DNA from: a virus | Lineage: Duplodnaviria; Caudoviricetes | IMG/VR virus record: IMGVR_UViG_3300027874_000011 | Span: 8,121 to 72,120 of that record | DNA: 64,000 nt | Direction: 5' to 3' (one strand) | Part shown: positions 10,833 to 20,104 of the stretch, piece by piece | How the letters are laid out: each line of letters opens with the position of its first letter | Position numbering within the stretch: the stretch's first letter is position 1 | Notes under the pieces: model-generated | Databases searched by the model: none | What the model was told of the DNA's origin: nothing | The model's input: the letters and a program-made list of their open reading frames with translations, nothing else | Translations under genes and position numbers: made by a program

Positions 10833-12559
10833 CCTTCACCACCAGCGTCTACACGGGCTACGACACGACTCTGCCCCAGTCGGTCATCAACCGTCAGAGC
10901 GATGCCAACTTGCGACTGGCGGCGCTCTCGGCGTTCTCGCTGCTCGCCCCAGGCATGGACACGGTGGAGGGCAGCTTCGCGTTCGACCTGATCGAGCCGT
11001 TCTGCCTGGTGCTCGCCCAGGCGTACGTGGACCTCATCGACGTGGAGCGCCGCAACTCGCTGGCGACGGCCACGGGCCTGGATCTGGACCGCATCGGGGA
11101 TCTGTACGGCGTCACGCGCGGGCCAGCGGCGTTCGCCACCGGCACGGTGACCTTCACCGGCTCACCCGGCAGCGTCATCCCAGGGCCGAGCGGCAACAAC
11201 GCGGGCACCGTCGTGTGCACCCAGGGACCAGGGGCGGTCTTCTTCACCACCCAGGTCGCGGCGACCATCCCTGCTGGCGCGAACCCGGGCACCGTGGACG
11301 TGCCGGTGACGGCCAACAACGTGGGGGCCAACGGCAACGTGCCGGCTGGCTCGGTAACCCTGTTTGGGGCCAGCGCGCCGACCGGCATCGCCTCGGTCAC
11401 CAACAACTCGGCCTTTATCGGCGGGGCCGACATTCAGATTGACGGCCCGCTCAACCAGTACTACTCGGGCTACCGCTCGGACATCTACATCCTTGAGAAC
11501 ACGCGCGGTGAGGGCGGCGCGGCCAAGCACCTCCGCAAGTGGGCGCGCTCGGTCAACGGCGTCGGCGGCGTGCACGTCCAAGAGGTCACGCCCGCGCCAG
11601 GATGGGCGACAGTCGTACTCCTGGGCGTCAACGGTCAGCCCGCTTCGGCGGATCTGGTGCACGCGGTCGAGGCGACCATCTTGGACCCGCACTATCTGTA
11701 CAACGAGATCGAGGCGGCTCCCTTCACGCTGTCGGGTTCGGGCGCGACCATCGTCACCCTGGCGGACGCCACGCCGCTCGGCGGCACCAACAATGCCGTC
11801 CGACTGACGGGCACGGTTGCCAGCGCGATTCGTCATCCGCGTCTGGACCTGATGCTGCCGCAGCCCGGTGTGTGGCGGCTCAAGCCGCGCTGCAAAGTTA
11901 GCTCGACGCTGAACTCGACGGCGCTGGTGAGCATGGGCGTGTGGGACATCAACACCGGCGCGTGGTGCTGGACGCGACCCAACAACAACGGGGCCTCGTG
12001 TCTGACGACGTTTGCGGCCAACCGCTTCTCGACGGCGTTCGTGCAGCCTGACATCGACCCGATCAGCGTGGACTTCGCCTGGAACGGCATCGACCAGATC
12101 GAGCTTCACATCGACCTGGGCACCGTGGGCGTCAACGACGGGCCGGGCACACCGGTGGATACGACTACCAGCCTGTACATCGACCAGATCAACTACTTCG
12201 CCACCATGAGCCGCGACGACCGCGACCTCGGTCTGTCGCCAGCGGGCATGCGCGTCAACGTCATCCCCGCGCTCGGCATCACCGTCAACATCACCGCCAC
12301 GGTGACCTACCAGTTGACCACGGGTCAGACGATTGCCCAGGTCAACGCCAACATCGCCACCAACCTGCAGACCTACTTCGCGCAGATCGCCTTCGGTGCC
12401 GACGAGACGGTCAGGCGCGCCGCCGTCGAGCAGGCGATCTACACCACTGGCGGCGTGGGCGACGTGAACAACGTGCTGCTCAACGGTTCGACGGCCAACA
12501 TCCAGATCGGCCCGACCCAGGTCGCGGTCATCGGCACCCTGAACTGGACGCAAGGATGA
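10829..12559 (+). CDS. Baseplate J/gp47 family protein (XkdT-like) with an internal inserted domain
   Basis: EGSFAFDL..P, ATGLDLDRIGDLYGVTRGPAAFATGTVTFTG, G.GGAAKH..KWA.SV.GV.V motifs; about 180 extra residues before the C-terminal J segment. Confidence 0.9.
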   Translation: MTFTTSVYTGYDTTLPQSVINRQSDANLRLAALSAFSLLAPGMDTVEGSFAFDLIEPFCLVLAQAYVDLIDVERRNSLATATGLDLDRIGDLYGVTRGPAAFATGTVTFTGSPGSVIPGPSGNNAGTVVCTQGPGAVFFTTQVAATIPAGANPGTVDVPVTANNVGANGNVPAGSVTLFGASAPTGIASVTNNSAFIGGADIQIDGPLNQYYSGYRSDIYILENTRGEGGAAKHLRKWARSVNGVGGVHVQEVTPAPGWATVVLLGVNGQPASADLVHAVEATILDPHYLYNEIEAAPFTLSGSGATIVTLADATPLGGTNNAVRLTGTVASAIRHPRLDLMLPQPGVWRLKPRCKVSSTLNSTALVSMGVWDINTGAWCWTRPNNNGASCLTTFAANRFSTAFVQPDIDPISVDFAWNGIDQIELHIDLGTVGVNDGPGTPVDTTTSLYIDQINYFATMSRDDRDLGLSPAGMRVNVIPALGITVNITATVTYQLTTGQTIAQVNANIATNLQTYFAQIAFGADETVRRAAVEQAIYTTGGVGDVNNVLLNGSTANIQIGPTQVAVIGTLNWTQG

Positions 12560-13302
12560 CGCAGCCTCCCGATCCCAACGGCACGCTGATGAAGTCGTGG
12601 CTCCCGCCTATCTGGTACGACGCGGCCTACTCCGTGGACGCCGTGCTCCAATCCGAGGGCCAGGGCCTCAGCACGTTTCAGCAGGACACCTCGGACGTGG
12701 CGGCGGCGCGCATGCCGCAGACGGCTCCCGACTGGGGCATCGAGCGCTTCGAGATGGAGCTTGGCCTGCCGGTCAACCCGCCTGGGCTGACGCTCGAAGA
12801 CCGCCGCGCAATTGTCCTGGCGAAGTTCCGTGGTATCGGCACGACCATCTACCGTCTGAAACAGATCGCCGCGACGTTCGGCTACGGCAACATCGCCATC
12901 CTGCCGGGCGTCGAGGACTGGACGCTGTACATCCAGTTTCTGGATGTCATCGGCGTGCCTGCGGCACTGGATGCGCACGAGGCGGCGATCCGCGAGAACG
13001 TCGAGGCGCATCTGGACATCGAGTGGAGCTTCCACTTCACGCTGTGGAACGAAGTCCGTAACACGGGCGTGCTGTGGTGCCAGCTATACACCAATGGCAA
13101 TACCTGGGACTCGCTCAAGACGACGCCGTTTCAGAACATGCCGACGACGATTGAGTGTCAGGGCCTGCCGCCAGGCACGGTCAAGGTCGAGGTGCTGGAC
13201 GAGACGGGCCTCGGCAACCTGGCGATCCAGTACCAGCCCGCGACCATCACGGGTAACGTCCAGCCCGGCTCGACCGATCCGTTGGGCTTCCCGCTGACAT
13301 GA
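12556..13302 (+). CDS. Baseplate protein XkdU/DUF2313(YmfQ)-like
   Basis: QTAPDWGIERFEMELGLPV...LEDRRAIVLAKFRG.GTT...LKQIA pattern directly after baseplate J. Confidence 0.85.
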   Translation: MTQPPDPNGTLMKSWLPPIWYDAAYSVDAVLQSEGQGLSTFQQDTSDVAAARMPQTAPDWGIERFEMELGLPVNPPGLTLEDRRAIVLAKFRGIGTTIYRLKQIAATFGYGNIAILPGVEDWTLYIQFLDVIGVPAALDAHEAAIRENVEAHLDIEWSFHFTLWNEVRNTGVLWCQLYTNGNTWDSLKTTPFQNMPTTIECQGLPPGTVKVEVLDETGLGNLAIQYQPATITGNVQPGSTDPLGFPLT

Positions 13303-14807
13303 CGCAGCCCGAGCAGCAGGCCGTCCAACTCATCGCGCCGAGCGGTACGCCGGTCACAGGCACGGCCGCGTCGGGTGCGATCTTCAACATCACCGCGCCG
13401 ACCGCAGCCAACGCCGGTGACTACCTCGTGCTGGTGATCGCCAACGCGGGCACCACCGGTCCTACGGCTGGCTACGGGTGGGTGCTGTGTCCAGGCGCGC
13501 CCTTCTCGGCGGGCAACGGCCAGAGTGTGACGGCTTACTACGCCGTGTACGACCCGGTGAACACCTCGCTGCAGTTCTCCAACGCGAACTCGGCGGCGGC
13601 GTGGGTGTGCGCCTCGTATGGCTCGGGTGGCAACACGGTCATCCTCGACGGCAACCCGGTCGCGGCCTACAACACCACCAACAACTCGACGCTGCCAACC
13701 GGGGCGATGACCACGGGCAATGCGGGCGGCGACTACGAGTTGCTGATGTACGGCTGGACCTCGGCGGCGACGATCACGGGGGTCGCCGCAGGCTCGGCCA
13801 TCGACGCCTCGATTGCCAACGGTTCGGCCGTCTCGGTGGCGCTCGGCCACAACACCACCACCGCGCTCGGCTCGAACGTGGCAACCGTGGCGTTTTCTCA
13901 AACGCTGAGCGGCAACAACAACCGCAAGGCGGGTGTCGCGCTGCTGATGGGGATCTTCATCCCCGCGCCCATAACGCCCACTCCCACGGGCGGGCAGGCG
14001 AGCTTCAGCATCCCGATCCTGCTGACCGCCGTGCCGCTGCCATCGGTGGCGATCACCTCGCAGTCGGGTTCGGGCGGCTTCCCGAGCCTGTTCCAGTCGA
14101 TCTACTTCGTCACGGGCGCGGTCGTGACAGCCTCGGGCACCACGGCGGCGATCACGGGCCTGCGCCTGACGCCAGGGCCGATCACGACCCAGGCCCAGGT
14201 GGACGAGATCCCTGGCCTGAGCATGACCGTCGTCGGCTCCATCGCGACCCAGGCCAGCATCCCGCAGCCCACGCTGCGCGTCGGTCCGGCGATCTACGGC
14301 CAGACGGTCACCCAGGCCAGCACGGTCGCGCTCCAGGCGCTGAACTTCGGACCGCTGTCGCTGGCAGGTACCACGGCAGCGCGCGGCGCGACGTTCTGCC
14401 AGTCGCTGGTCCTGACCAAAGTCCCGTTGCAGGGCAACGTCGGCGGGCAGGCGTCCTCGACGGGCGTCACGGGTCAGGCCAACGCCGCTGTCATCGACCT
14501 GGGCGTGTGGCCGGCCGGTCAGTATGAACTCAAGACGATCTGCCGCACCGACGTGGGCAGCGCGGCGCAGGCGCTGGTCGTCGCAGTGACGAGCGCGGGC
14601 ACCACGCTGGTGACCTCGCAGATGTACGCCACCGGCGATACGGCCTCGGCCAGCTACCCCACGGCCTACGCCAACTACGCGGCCGTGTGCGGCTTCAACC
14701 TGCAAGCACCGAGCGATGTGATGGTCACGTGGAGCAACCCCGGCTCCTACCACAACTCGGGCAAGCACCTGTGGATCAAAGGCATCCAACTCCATCGAAC
14801 TTCTTAG
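13299..14807 (+). CDS. Putative tail fibre/virion accessory protein
   Basis: Coupled to the XkdU-like gene; Ala/Gly/Thr-rich beta-type composition (AGDYLVLVI motif). Confidence 0.65.
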   Translation: MTQPEQQAVQLIAPSGTPVTGTAASGAIFNITAPTAANAGDYLVLVIANAGTTGPTAGYGWVLCPGAPFSAGNGQSVTAYYAVYDPVNTSLQFSNANSAAAWVCASYGSGGNTVILDGNPVAAYNTTNNSTLPTGAMTTGNAGGDYELLMYGWTSAATITGVAAGSAIDASIANGSAVSVALGHNTTTALGSNVATVAFSQTLSGNNNRKAGVALLMGIFIPAPITPTPTGGQASFSIPILLTAVPLPSVAITSQSGSGGFPSLFQSIYFVTGAVVTASGTTAAITGLRLTPGPITTQAQVDEIPGLSMTVVGSIATQASIPQPTLRVGPAIYGQTVTQASTVALQALNFGPLSLAGTTAARGATFCQSLVLTKVPLQGNVGGQASSTGVTGQANAAVIDLGVWPAGQYELKTICRTDVGSAAQALVVAVTSAGTTLVTSQMYATGDTASASYPTAYANYAAVCGFNLQAPSDVMVTWSNPGSYHNSGKHLWIKGIQLHRTS

Positions 14808-14820
14808 GAGAGCACCGCCC

Positions 14821-16977
14821 ATGACCATGACGCAGCAATCCACCGTCACCCGCTTCAGCCTCAGCCAGATCGCGGGCAACCAGATCGTGGACTGGGCGGT
14901 GGTGGAGGGCAACTTCGAGAACCTGGGCAACAACGCGGCGCACCTGACCCTGGGCAACTCGTTCGGTGGCGCACAGAGCTTCCTGGGCAACGTCGGCATG
15001 ACGGCCCTGGGTGCGGGCGCGGTGCAGACGCACCGTCGCTTCACCATTCCCGCCCCACCCGCCAACGAGACGGATCGCCTGCACTTCCAGGCCGAGAGCG
15101 CCACGCTCAACGGCACGTTCGTGGGCCTCGCTGGTCCAGCCGCAGCAGGCGCGGGCCAGCGCAAGAGCACACTGGTAGTCCACGGCGTCGAGCCGACTGG
15201 TACGGCCACGCCAGCCGGCTTGACGCTGCTCCTCGATGAAGATCTGCACCGTGCCTCGATCCAGGCAGCGGGCAACTTTCAGGATCTGACCGCACCGATC
15301 CTGCAGCTTGGCGCAGGGGGCACCGACCGCATCACGCTGCCGGGCACTGGCCCGATCAACGTGACGGGCACGATGACGCTCACTGGCGACATCAACGCGG
15401 CCAACGCCAACTTCACGGGCACGCTCGGGGTCAACGGCGCGGCTGCGCTGCGCAGCACGGCGACCATCACCGGCCTCGCCACGTTCCAGGGCGGTATGCA
15501 AGTCACAGGCTCCGCGACGTTTACGGGCAACCTGACCGCCGCCAACATCTCGGGTGCCAACACGACCTTCACCGGCAACCTGACGGTGACGGGCACGACC
15601 AACCTGCAGACCGGGCTGACAGTGACGGGTGGCACGACCTCACTCTCCACTCTGACGGTCACAGGAGCCTCGAACTTCTCGGGCGCACTCCAGTTCGCGG
15701 CAGGCGCGGCGTACATCCAGAGCTACGGCGCGGATACGTCCTACGTCCAGATCAGCAAGCTCTACGTCACGCCTGGGCTGGCGACGTTCGCGGGTGGCCT
15801 GAACATCGTTGGTACCGCGACGATCTCCGGTTCAGCGACCTTCACCGGGATGCTGAACGCCAACGGTGGCATCACGGGGCCGTACAGCATCAACGCTTTC
15901 AACCTCCGCGATCCAGGCGGCACGCCTCGGTCGGTCATGTGGATGGATGGTGGCAGCAACACCGTTATTCAGGCCGGTCCCGGCGAGTCGGTCAGGTGGG
16001 TCAACTCGGCCAACTCGGTCCAGCGCATGAGCCTCGACAGCGGTGGCAACCTCAGCGTCCAGGGCACGATCTACGCGGGCAGCACGATCACGGCGGGTGG
16101 CTCCGTGTCAGCAAGCTCCCAGGTGTACACCACGCCGGGTGGCTCGCTGTATCTCAGGGGCGCGGATGGTGGCGTCCATATTGACACGGGCAACGCCAGC
16201 CTGTGGCTCGGCGGCAGTCTGTACGCGGCGGGTCGCGCCTACTTCGGCAACTGGGATCCGGGCTGGACGCTCAACGTCGGCGGCACCTTCATCACCAGCC
16301 AGCGCGCGGCCATCGGCGGGTGGGACGGAGGCCAGATGTGCAACATCAACGGCAACTGCTTTGTCAACGGCTATGTCTACGACCGAGGCAGCACGGCCTA
16401 CCGGTGTTGGGACAACGGCGACTTCAACTACTCGCCAGGGGTCTACGGCAGCTACGTCGTGCAGCGCGACGGCAACGGGTACATCAATGCCAACTACATC
16501 AATACGACGGCCGACGTGCAAGGCGGACGCCCGGCGTACGTAGCTGGACAGAACGGGGACAACTTCCTCCGCTGGTGGCCTGCTTCTGCTGTTGGACCCC
16601 CGGCTAGCGTCGATCTCCAGGGCGGTGGCGTCGGCGGCGGAATCAACGGTGGCGGTGGGCGGCAGGCGATTGCGAATGTCACTGCCGACCGCACAGGCCA
16701 GTGGTTCTGCTGTATGTGGGTCGAGATCAACACTCAGAACGAGAACTACGCCTATCAGGTGTACCTTGAGATCTCGGTCGGCGGCTCCACCTACGTGCAC
16801 CAGCAGTGCCAGCAGAACGCGCACGAAACCAAGACGGGCGGCGGTGCCGTCTGTCAGATGGGCGTCAACGCCGGTAACGCCGTCAGCTTCTACTGCTGGA
16901 AGGACGGCTACAGCGCCAGCATCCGGGGCGGACAGGTGTACATCTGCTTCGTCCCGACCTCGGCACAACCAGGCTAG
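14821..16977 (+). CDS. Long tail fibre protein
   Basis: Repeated beta-strand TGNLT.TG motifs, VVQRDGNGYINANYIN fibre motif, Cys-rich distal tip; position after the baseplate genes. Confidence 0.8.
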   Translation: MTMTQQSTVTRFSLSQIAGNQIVDWAVVEGNFENLGNNAAHLTLGNSFGGAQSFLGNVGMTALGAGAVQTHRRFTIPAPPANETDRLHFQAESATLNGTFVGLAGPAAAGAGQRKSTLVVHGVEPTGTATPAGLTLLLDEDLHRASIQAAGNFQDLTAPILQLGAGGTDRITLPGTGPINVTGTMTLTGDINAANANFTGTLGVNGAAALRSTATITGLATFQGGMQVTGSATFTGNLTAANISGANTTFTGNLTVTGTTNLQTGLTVTGGTTSLSTLTVTGASNFSGALQFAAGAAYIQSYGADTSYVQISKLYVTPGLATFAGGLNIVGTATISGSATFTGMLNANGGITGPYSINAFNLRDPGGTPRSVMWMDGGSNTVIQAGPGESVRWVNSANSVQRMSLDSGGNLSVQGTIYAGSTITAGGSVSASSQVYTTPGGSLYLRGADGGVHIDTGNASLWLGGSLYAAGRAYFGNWDPGWTLNVGGTFITSQRAAIGGWDGGQMCNINGNCFVNGYVYDRGSTAYRCWDNGDFNYSPGVYGSYVVQRDGNGYINANYINTTADVQGGRPAYVAGQNGDNFLRWWPASAVGPPASVDLQGGGVGGGINGGGGRQAIANVTADRTGQWFCCMWVEINTQNENYAYQVYLEISVGGSTYVHQQCQQNAHETKTGGGAVCQMGVNAGNAVSFYCWKDGYSASIRGGQVYICFVPTSAQPG

Positions 16978-16988
16978 AAGGAGGGCCT

Positions 16989-17369
16989 ATGCAGGACATC
17001 ACTAGCAACGGGCACCAGCCATCGGGCTTCACGGTGACCATCTCGCAGTCCGACGTACGCCGCTTGGCGAAGCTCCAGGCGCGCGCCGAGGGCGCGGTTC
17101 AGGTGGCGCAGGGGGCGGTCAATCTCGCTCAGGGCTTGCAGCAGGCGCTCGCGGTCGCCATCCAAGAGGCGTGCTCCGACGAGGGCTACAACATCCCTCC
17201 AGACAGCAACGCCGACATCAACTGGAAGACCGGCGAGATCACCATCACCCCGCCCGCGCCAGGTCGCGGCGAGCAGCCACACATCATCGGGGCCAACATC
17301 GGCCCAGGGGTTATCCCCGGGACGCTTGGTCCGGCTCCGCTCGATCCTCTGCCAACACCGACGAACTGA
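16989..17369 (+). CDS. Small coiled-coil protein, possible fibre chaperone; last gene of the tail operon
   Basis: Strong RBS (AGAAGGAGG) before ATG; Ala/Gln heptads. Confidence 0.7.
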   Translation: MQDITSNGHQPSGFTVTISQSDVRRLAKLQARAEGAVQVAQGAVNLAQGLQQALAVAIQEACSDEGYNIPPDSNADINWKTGEITITPPAPGRGEQPHIIGANIGPGVIPGTLGPAPLDPLPTPTN

Positions 17370-17976
17370 GCGAGTACAGCCCGCGCAGGGCGAGCAGTGC
17401 TTCTTGCGCTATCGCCTTGCGCTGCCCGGCGTCTCGGGTATCCGAACGCCAGTTGGTGTGCTGCAGGTAGCGGCGGTCGTTGGGCTTGATGGTGTAGACG
17501 ATCAGCCCCTGGCCGGGTGCCGCCCAGGTGATCTGCGTCTGGCCCTTGAGCCACTTGGCACGGTACGGCGAGTGCGACACATCGCCCAGGAACGGCTCCA
17601 GTATGACGATGCCGTGCTGCGGCCGAGACGCCTGGTCGATGCTGAGATCCCACAGATAGTTGCCGTCCACGAGCAGCGCGACGTGCAGCCCGTTGACGGA
17701 TGGGTGACCCTCGAACTTCGGGTCGGGCACGCCCAGGCCAATCGCGTGCGCGCCGCTTTCGATGAACCAGCGCTCTGTCTCGGCACGGTTCCTGGGGACG
17801 TGGCCCTCGCGCTCGGCGCGCTCGATCCACTGCTGGTTGGCGAGCATGGCCTTGACCGAGACGACCTCGGAGGGGATGTCCAGGCCGTCGAGGACTAGCT
17901 TGCCGATGGAGCACGAGGCGACACAAGAATCGGGGTTGTAGTGGCGCAGGATGGCCCGTCGCAGCGGCCGACCCAT
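17311..17976 (-). CDS. Hypothetical protein with possible transglutaminase/papain-like Cys-His-Asp triad
   Basis: DSCVASC...GLHVALLVDGNYLWDLS arrangement; start codon uncertain. Confidence 0.5.
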   Translation of the reverse strand: MGRPLRRAILRHYNPDSCVASCSIGKLVLDGLDIPSEVVSVKAMLANQQWIERAEREGHVPRNRAETERWFIESGAHAIGLGVPDPKFEGHPSVNGLHVALLVDGNYLWDLSIDQASRPQHGIVILEPFLGDVSHSPYRAKWLKGQTQITWAAPGQGLIVYTIKPNDRRYLQHTNWRSDTRDAGQRKAIAQEALLALRGLYSLSSSVLAEDRAEPDQASRG

Positions 17977-18004
17977 CAGCTTGAGGATCTGACTCCTGTC
18001 CTGG

Positions 18005-18703
18005 CTAGAACTTGGCACGTCGCTGCATCGTCTCCTGCCAGGTGCGCGAGGTACCGCCCGCGCCGCCGAGCAGCATCTCACCGAAGACCTTGCGCAGGAT
18101 GCGGTGGCGGTCGTCGGCGGTCAGTTCCAGGGTCAGCTTGCGCATCGCCTCCATGACCTCTGGCTCCAGGCCCATCTCGTTGGTCGTGCCGTCGATGAGA
18201 TCCGTCTGGATCGTGCGCTCGATGGCCTCGATCACGAACAGCGGCCGAAAGCGCGTCTCGAAGCTGAGCATCGGGTCTTTGATCTCGGCCAGGTCGCGGA
18301 TGCCGTTCGAGGCCGTCAGGATCTTCCACATGCGCACGACGCTCTCTCCCTCGGCGCTCTCGCCGTACAGGATCAGCGTCTCGTCGCGCTTGTCTTTCGG
18401 CAGATCGGACGGCTTCTTCTTGCCGCGCATGACGGCGAGGCGATCCGGGTCCGTCTCACCCGGGCGGGCGAAGACCGACCAGCCTTCGGTGACCAGCACA
18501 GCCGTCACCGGCTCGTTCATGTAGACCATCATCCGCGCGGCGCGCGCGATCTCGGTGCCAGGCCCGACCGACAGCAGCGCGACGATGCGCTCGTCGCTGG
18601 CCGTGGTCATGTACAGCTTCTGGCACTCGGACTCGTCATTGAGGGTCGTCTCGACGGAGAAGCGAGCGATCTCCTCCATCTCGTCGGTGAGTGACTGTGG
18701 CAT
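18005..18703 (-). CDS. Hypothetical protein
   Basis: 232-aa ORF abutting its neighbour in the leftward operon. Confidence 0.7.
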   Translation of the reverse strand: MPQSLTDEMEEIARFSVETTLNDESECQKLYMTTASDERIVALLSVGPGTEIARAARMMVYMNEPVTAVLVTEGWSVFARPGETDPDRLAVMRGKKKPSDLPKDKRDETLILYGESAEGESVVRMWKILTASNGIRDLAEIKDPMLSFETRFRPLFVIEAIERTIQTDLIDGTTNEMGLEPEVMEAMRKLTLELTADDRHRILRKVFGEMLLGGAGGTSRTWQETMQRRAKF

Positions 18704-19282
18704 TTAGAAATCCAGCCTACGCGCCCGTCGAATGGGCGGCTGCGCCTCGGGGGTCTTGGGCTTCTCCGGCTCAGGCGCGGGGACCGGTCCCTTGCCACGG
18801 TTGGTTCGAGACGCGAGGTACTCGGTCAACTGTTCGACGCTCGGGGCGGGCGTCACGGCCTGCTCGATGGGATGGTCTACGGGTGGTCGCTGCGTTTCAC
18901 GGGGAACCTCGCGGACAACGGCCGTACGCGGGTCTGCCGGGGCGACCTCGCGGGTGCCGCCAGGCATCACCGACTGCGAGCCAGCGATGTTGCCCAGGCG
19001 CTGGATGGCGCGCGACAGAGAGTAGCGCGGGCTGGTCCAGTCCACGATGTCGTAGCCGTGGGCGCGCTTGTCGCGCAGCATCTGGTCGAACTTCTGGTTG
19101 GCCCGGAAGCTCGAAGTCCGCTGCTGGTTGGCCTCACGGAGGGGGCCGAGTCGCGGCCCGTACAGAGCCACGAACTGGTACTGGCCGTCGTCATGACGGA
19201 GGACCACGCCCGCCCACACCTTGTCAGCGTTGGCGTCCGGCGTGTAGTTGTGCATCCCGACGATGCGCGTGATGTTGGGCAC
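18704..19282 (-). CDS. WGR-domain protein
   Basis: DKVWAGVV...YGPRLG...ANQKFDQMLRDKRAHGY matches the WGR consensus; RBS AGAGGAG. Confidence 0.75.
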   Translation of the reverse strand: MPNITRIVGMHNYTPDANADKVWAGVVLRHDDGQYQFVALYGPRLGPLREANQQRTSSFRANQKFDQMLRDKRAHGYDIVDWTSPRYSLSRAIQRLGNIAGSQSVMPGGTREVAPADPRTAVVREVPRETQRPPVDHPIEQAVTPAPSVEQLTEYLASRTNRGKGPVPAPEPEKPKTPEAQPPIRRARRLDF

Positions 19283-19309
19283 GGTGCTCCTCTCTAATCT
19301 CTGGTCCAG

Positions 19310-19507
19310 TCAGTCGGACTCGGTGGCGGTAACGTCGATGCGAAACCGTTTGCCGCCCAAGACAACCTCAAACGATGGTGGCTGCGGGATGGTCAGCGCA
19401 GAAATGGATGTGGGGTCTGGAAGAATGTTGTCGCCGTTGAGCAGATATGAACGCAGACCAATCGCGACATCTACGTCAGTCAGTGGGGTGGTGGGGGAGG
19501 TAGTCAT
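19310..19507 (-). CDS. Small hypothetical protein
   Basis: RBS AAAGGA before ATG; in operon. Confidence 0.6.
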   Translation of the reverse strand: MTTSPTTPLTDVDVAIGLRSYLLNGDNILPDPTSISALTIPQPPSFEVVLGGKRFRIDVTATESD

Positions 19508-19531
19508 TCGATAAGTTCCTTTCGTGAAAGC

Positions 19532-19822
19532 TCAGTACCAGTCGCGTGAGCCTGGGTAGATCCCGCTCTCCATCATCTGGACGCGGCGGTCAGCTTCCCT
19601 CTCGCGGTAGTCTTCCTCGTCCTGGCGCGTGACAACCCGTTTGCCGGAGCACTCGGGGCACGTCACGTCGTAGTCGCCGGCCATCATCGACTCGAAGCCG
19701 TCAGGGTCGTTGTCGCGGTCTTCGGCCGTCCAGACGCTGACGTACGGGTTGACGATGGAGCCATGCCCCTGGCACTTTGGGCAGACCCGATACTTCGGGC
19801 GACCCCGTTCTCGTTCTGACAT
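19532..19822 (-). CDS. DnaJ-type CxxCxGxG zinc-finger protein
   Basis: CPKCQGHG ... CPECSGKR; RBS AAGGAG before ATG 19822. Confidence 0.75.
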   Translation of the reverse strand: MSERERGRPKYRVCPKCQGHGSIVNPYVSVWTAEDRDNDPDGFESMMAGDYDVTCPECSGKRVVTRQDEEDYREREADRRVQMMESGIYPGSRDWY

Positions 19823-19850
19823 GGGTGGTGGTGTCTCTCCTTCCGTGGAC

Positions 19851-19880
19851 ATTGTAACCGATTCTCGCACGTGAGCGCAC
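19851..19880 (-). promoter_or_regulatory. Sigma70-like promoter GTGCGC-N18-TACAAT (repeated family)
   Basis: Spacer tcacGTGCGAgaatcggt. Confidence 0.65.
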
Positions 19881-19882
19881 AT

Positions 19883-20104
19883 TTACGTGAGGGCGACGAT
19901 GCCCTCCTCGCGTAGCTGTTCGCGCAGTGCCAGCCGCAGCGCCTCGTGGCGGCTGAGGCCGTGGCGTCTGGCGTACACGACCAGGCCGGCCATCAACGCG
20001 GGGTCGAGCCGCACGCTGACGACGCTCGGGTGCGCTCCCTGGGACGGCTGGCGAGGGCCGTCCACGATTGTCTCAGGGCGCACGATCTTGATCGGGCGTG
20101 TCAT
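19883..20104 (-). CDS. Ribbon-helix-helix (CopG/Arc-like) DNA-binding protein
   Basis: VVSVRLDPALMAGLVVYARRHGLSRHEALRLALRE. Confidence 0.8.
   Translation of the reverse strand: MTRPIKIVRPETIVDGPRQPSQGAHPSVVSVRLDPALMAGLVVYARRHGLSRHEALRLALREQLREEGIVALT

Noticed and set aside
13158-15275. 705-aa minus-strand ORF (also 22538-24784 +, 2651-3820 -, 11162-12553 -, 48329-49468 +)
   Set aside because: Antisense shadow ORFs of real genes, as expected in high-GC DNA; Arg/Ala-rich with no motifs.
5442-16977. Diversity-generating retroelement acting on the fibre genes
   Set aside because: No reverse transcriptase in the window and no ~100-bp TR/VR pair differing only at adenines. The shared patches are short exact repeats or protein-level paralogy.
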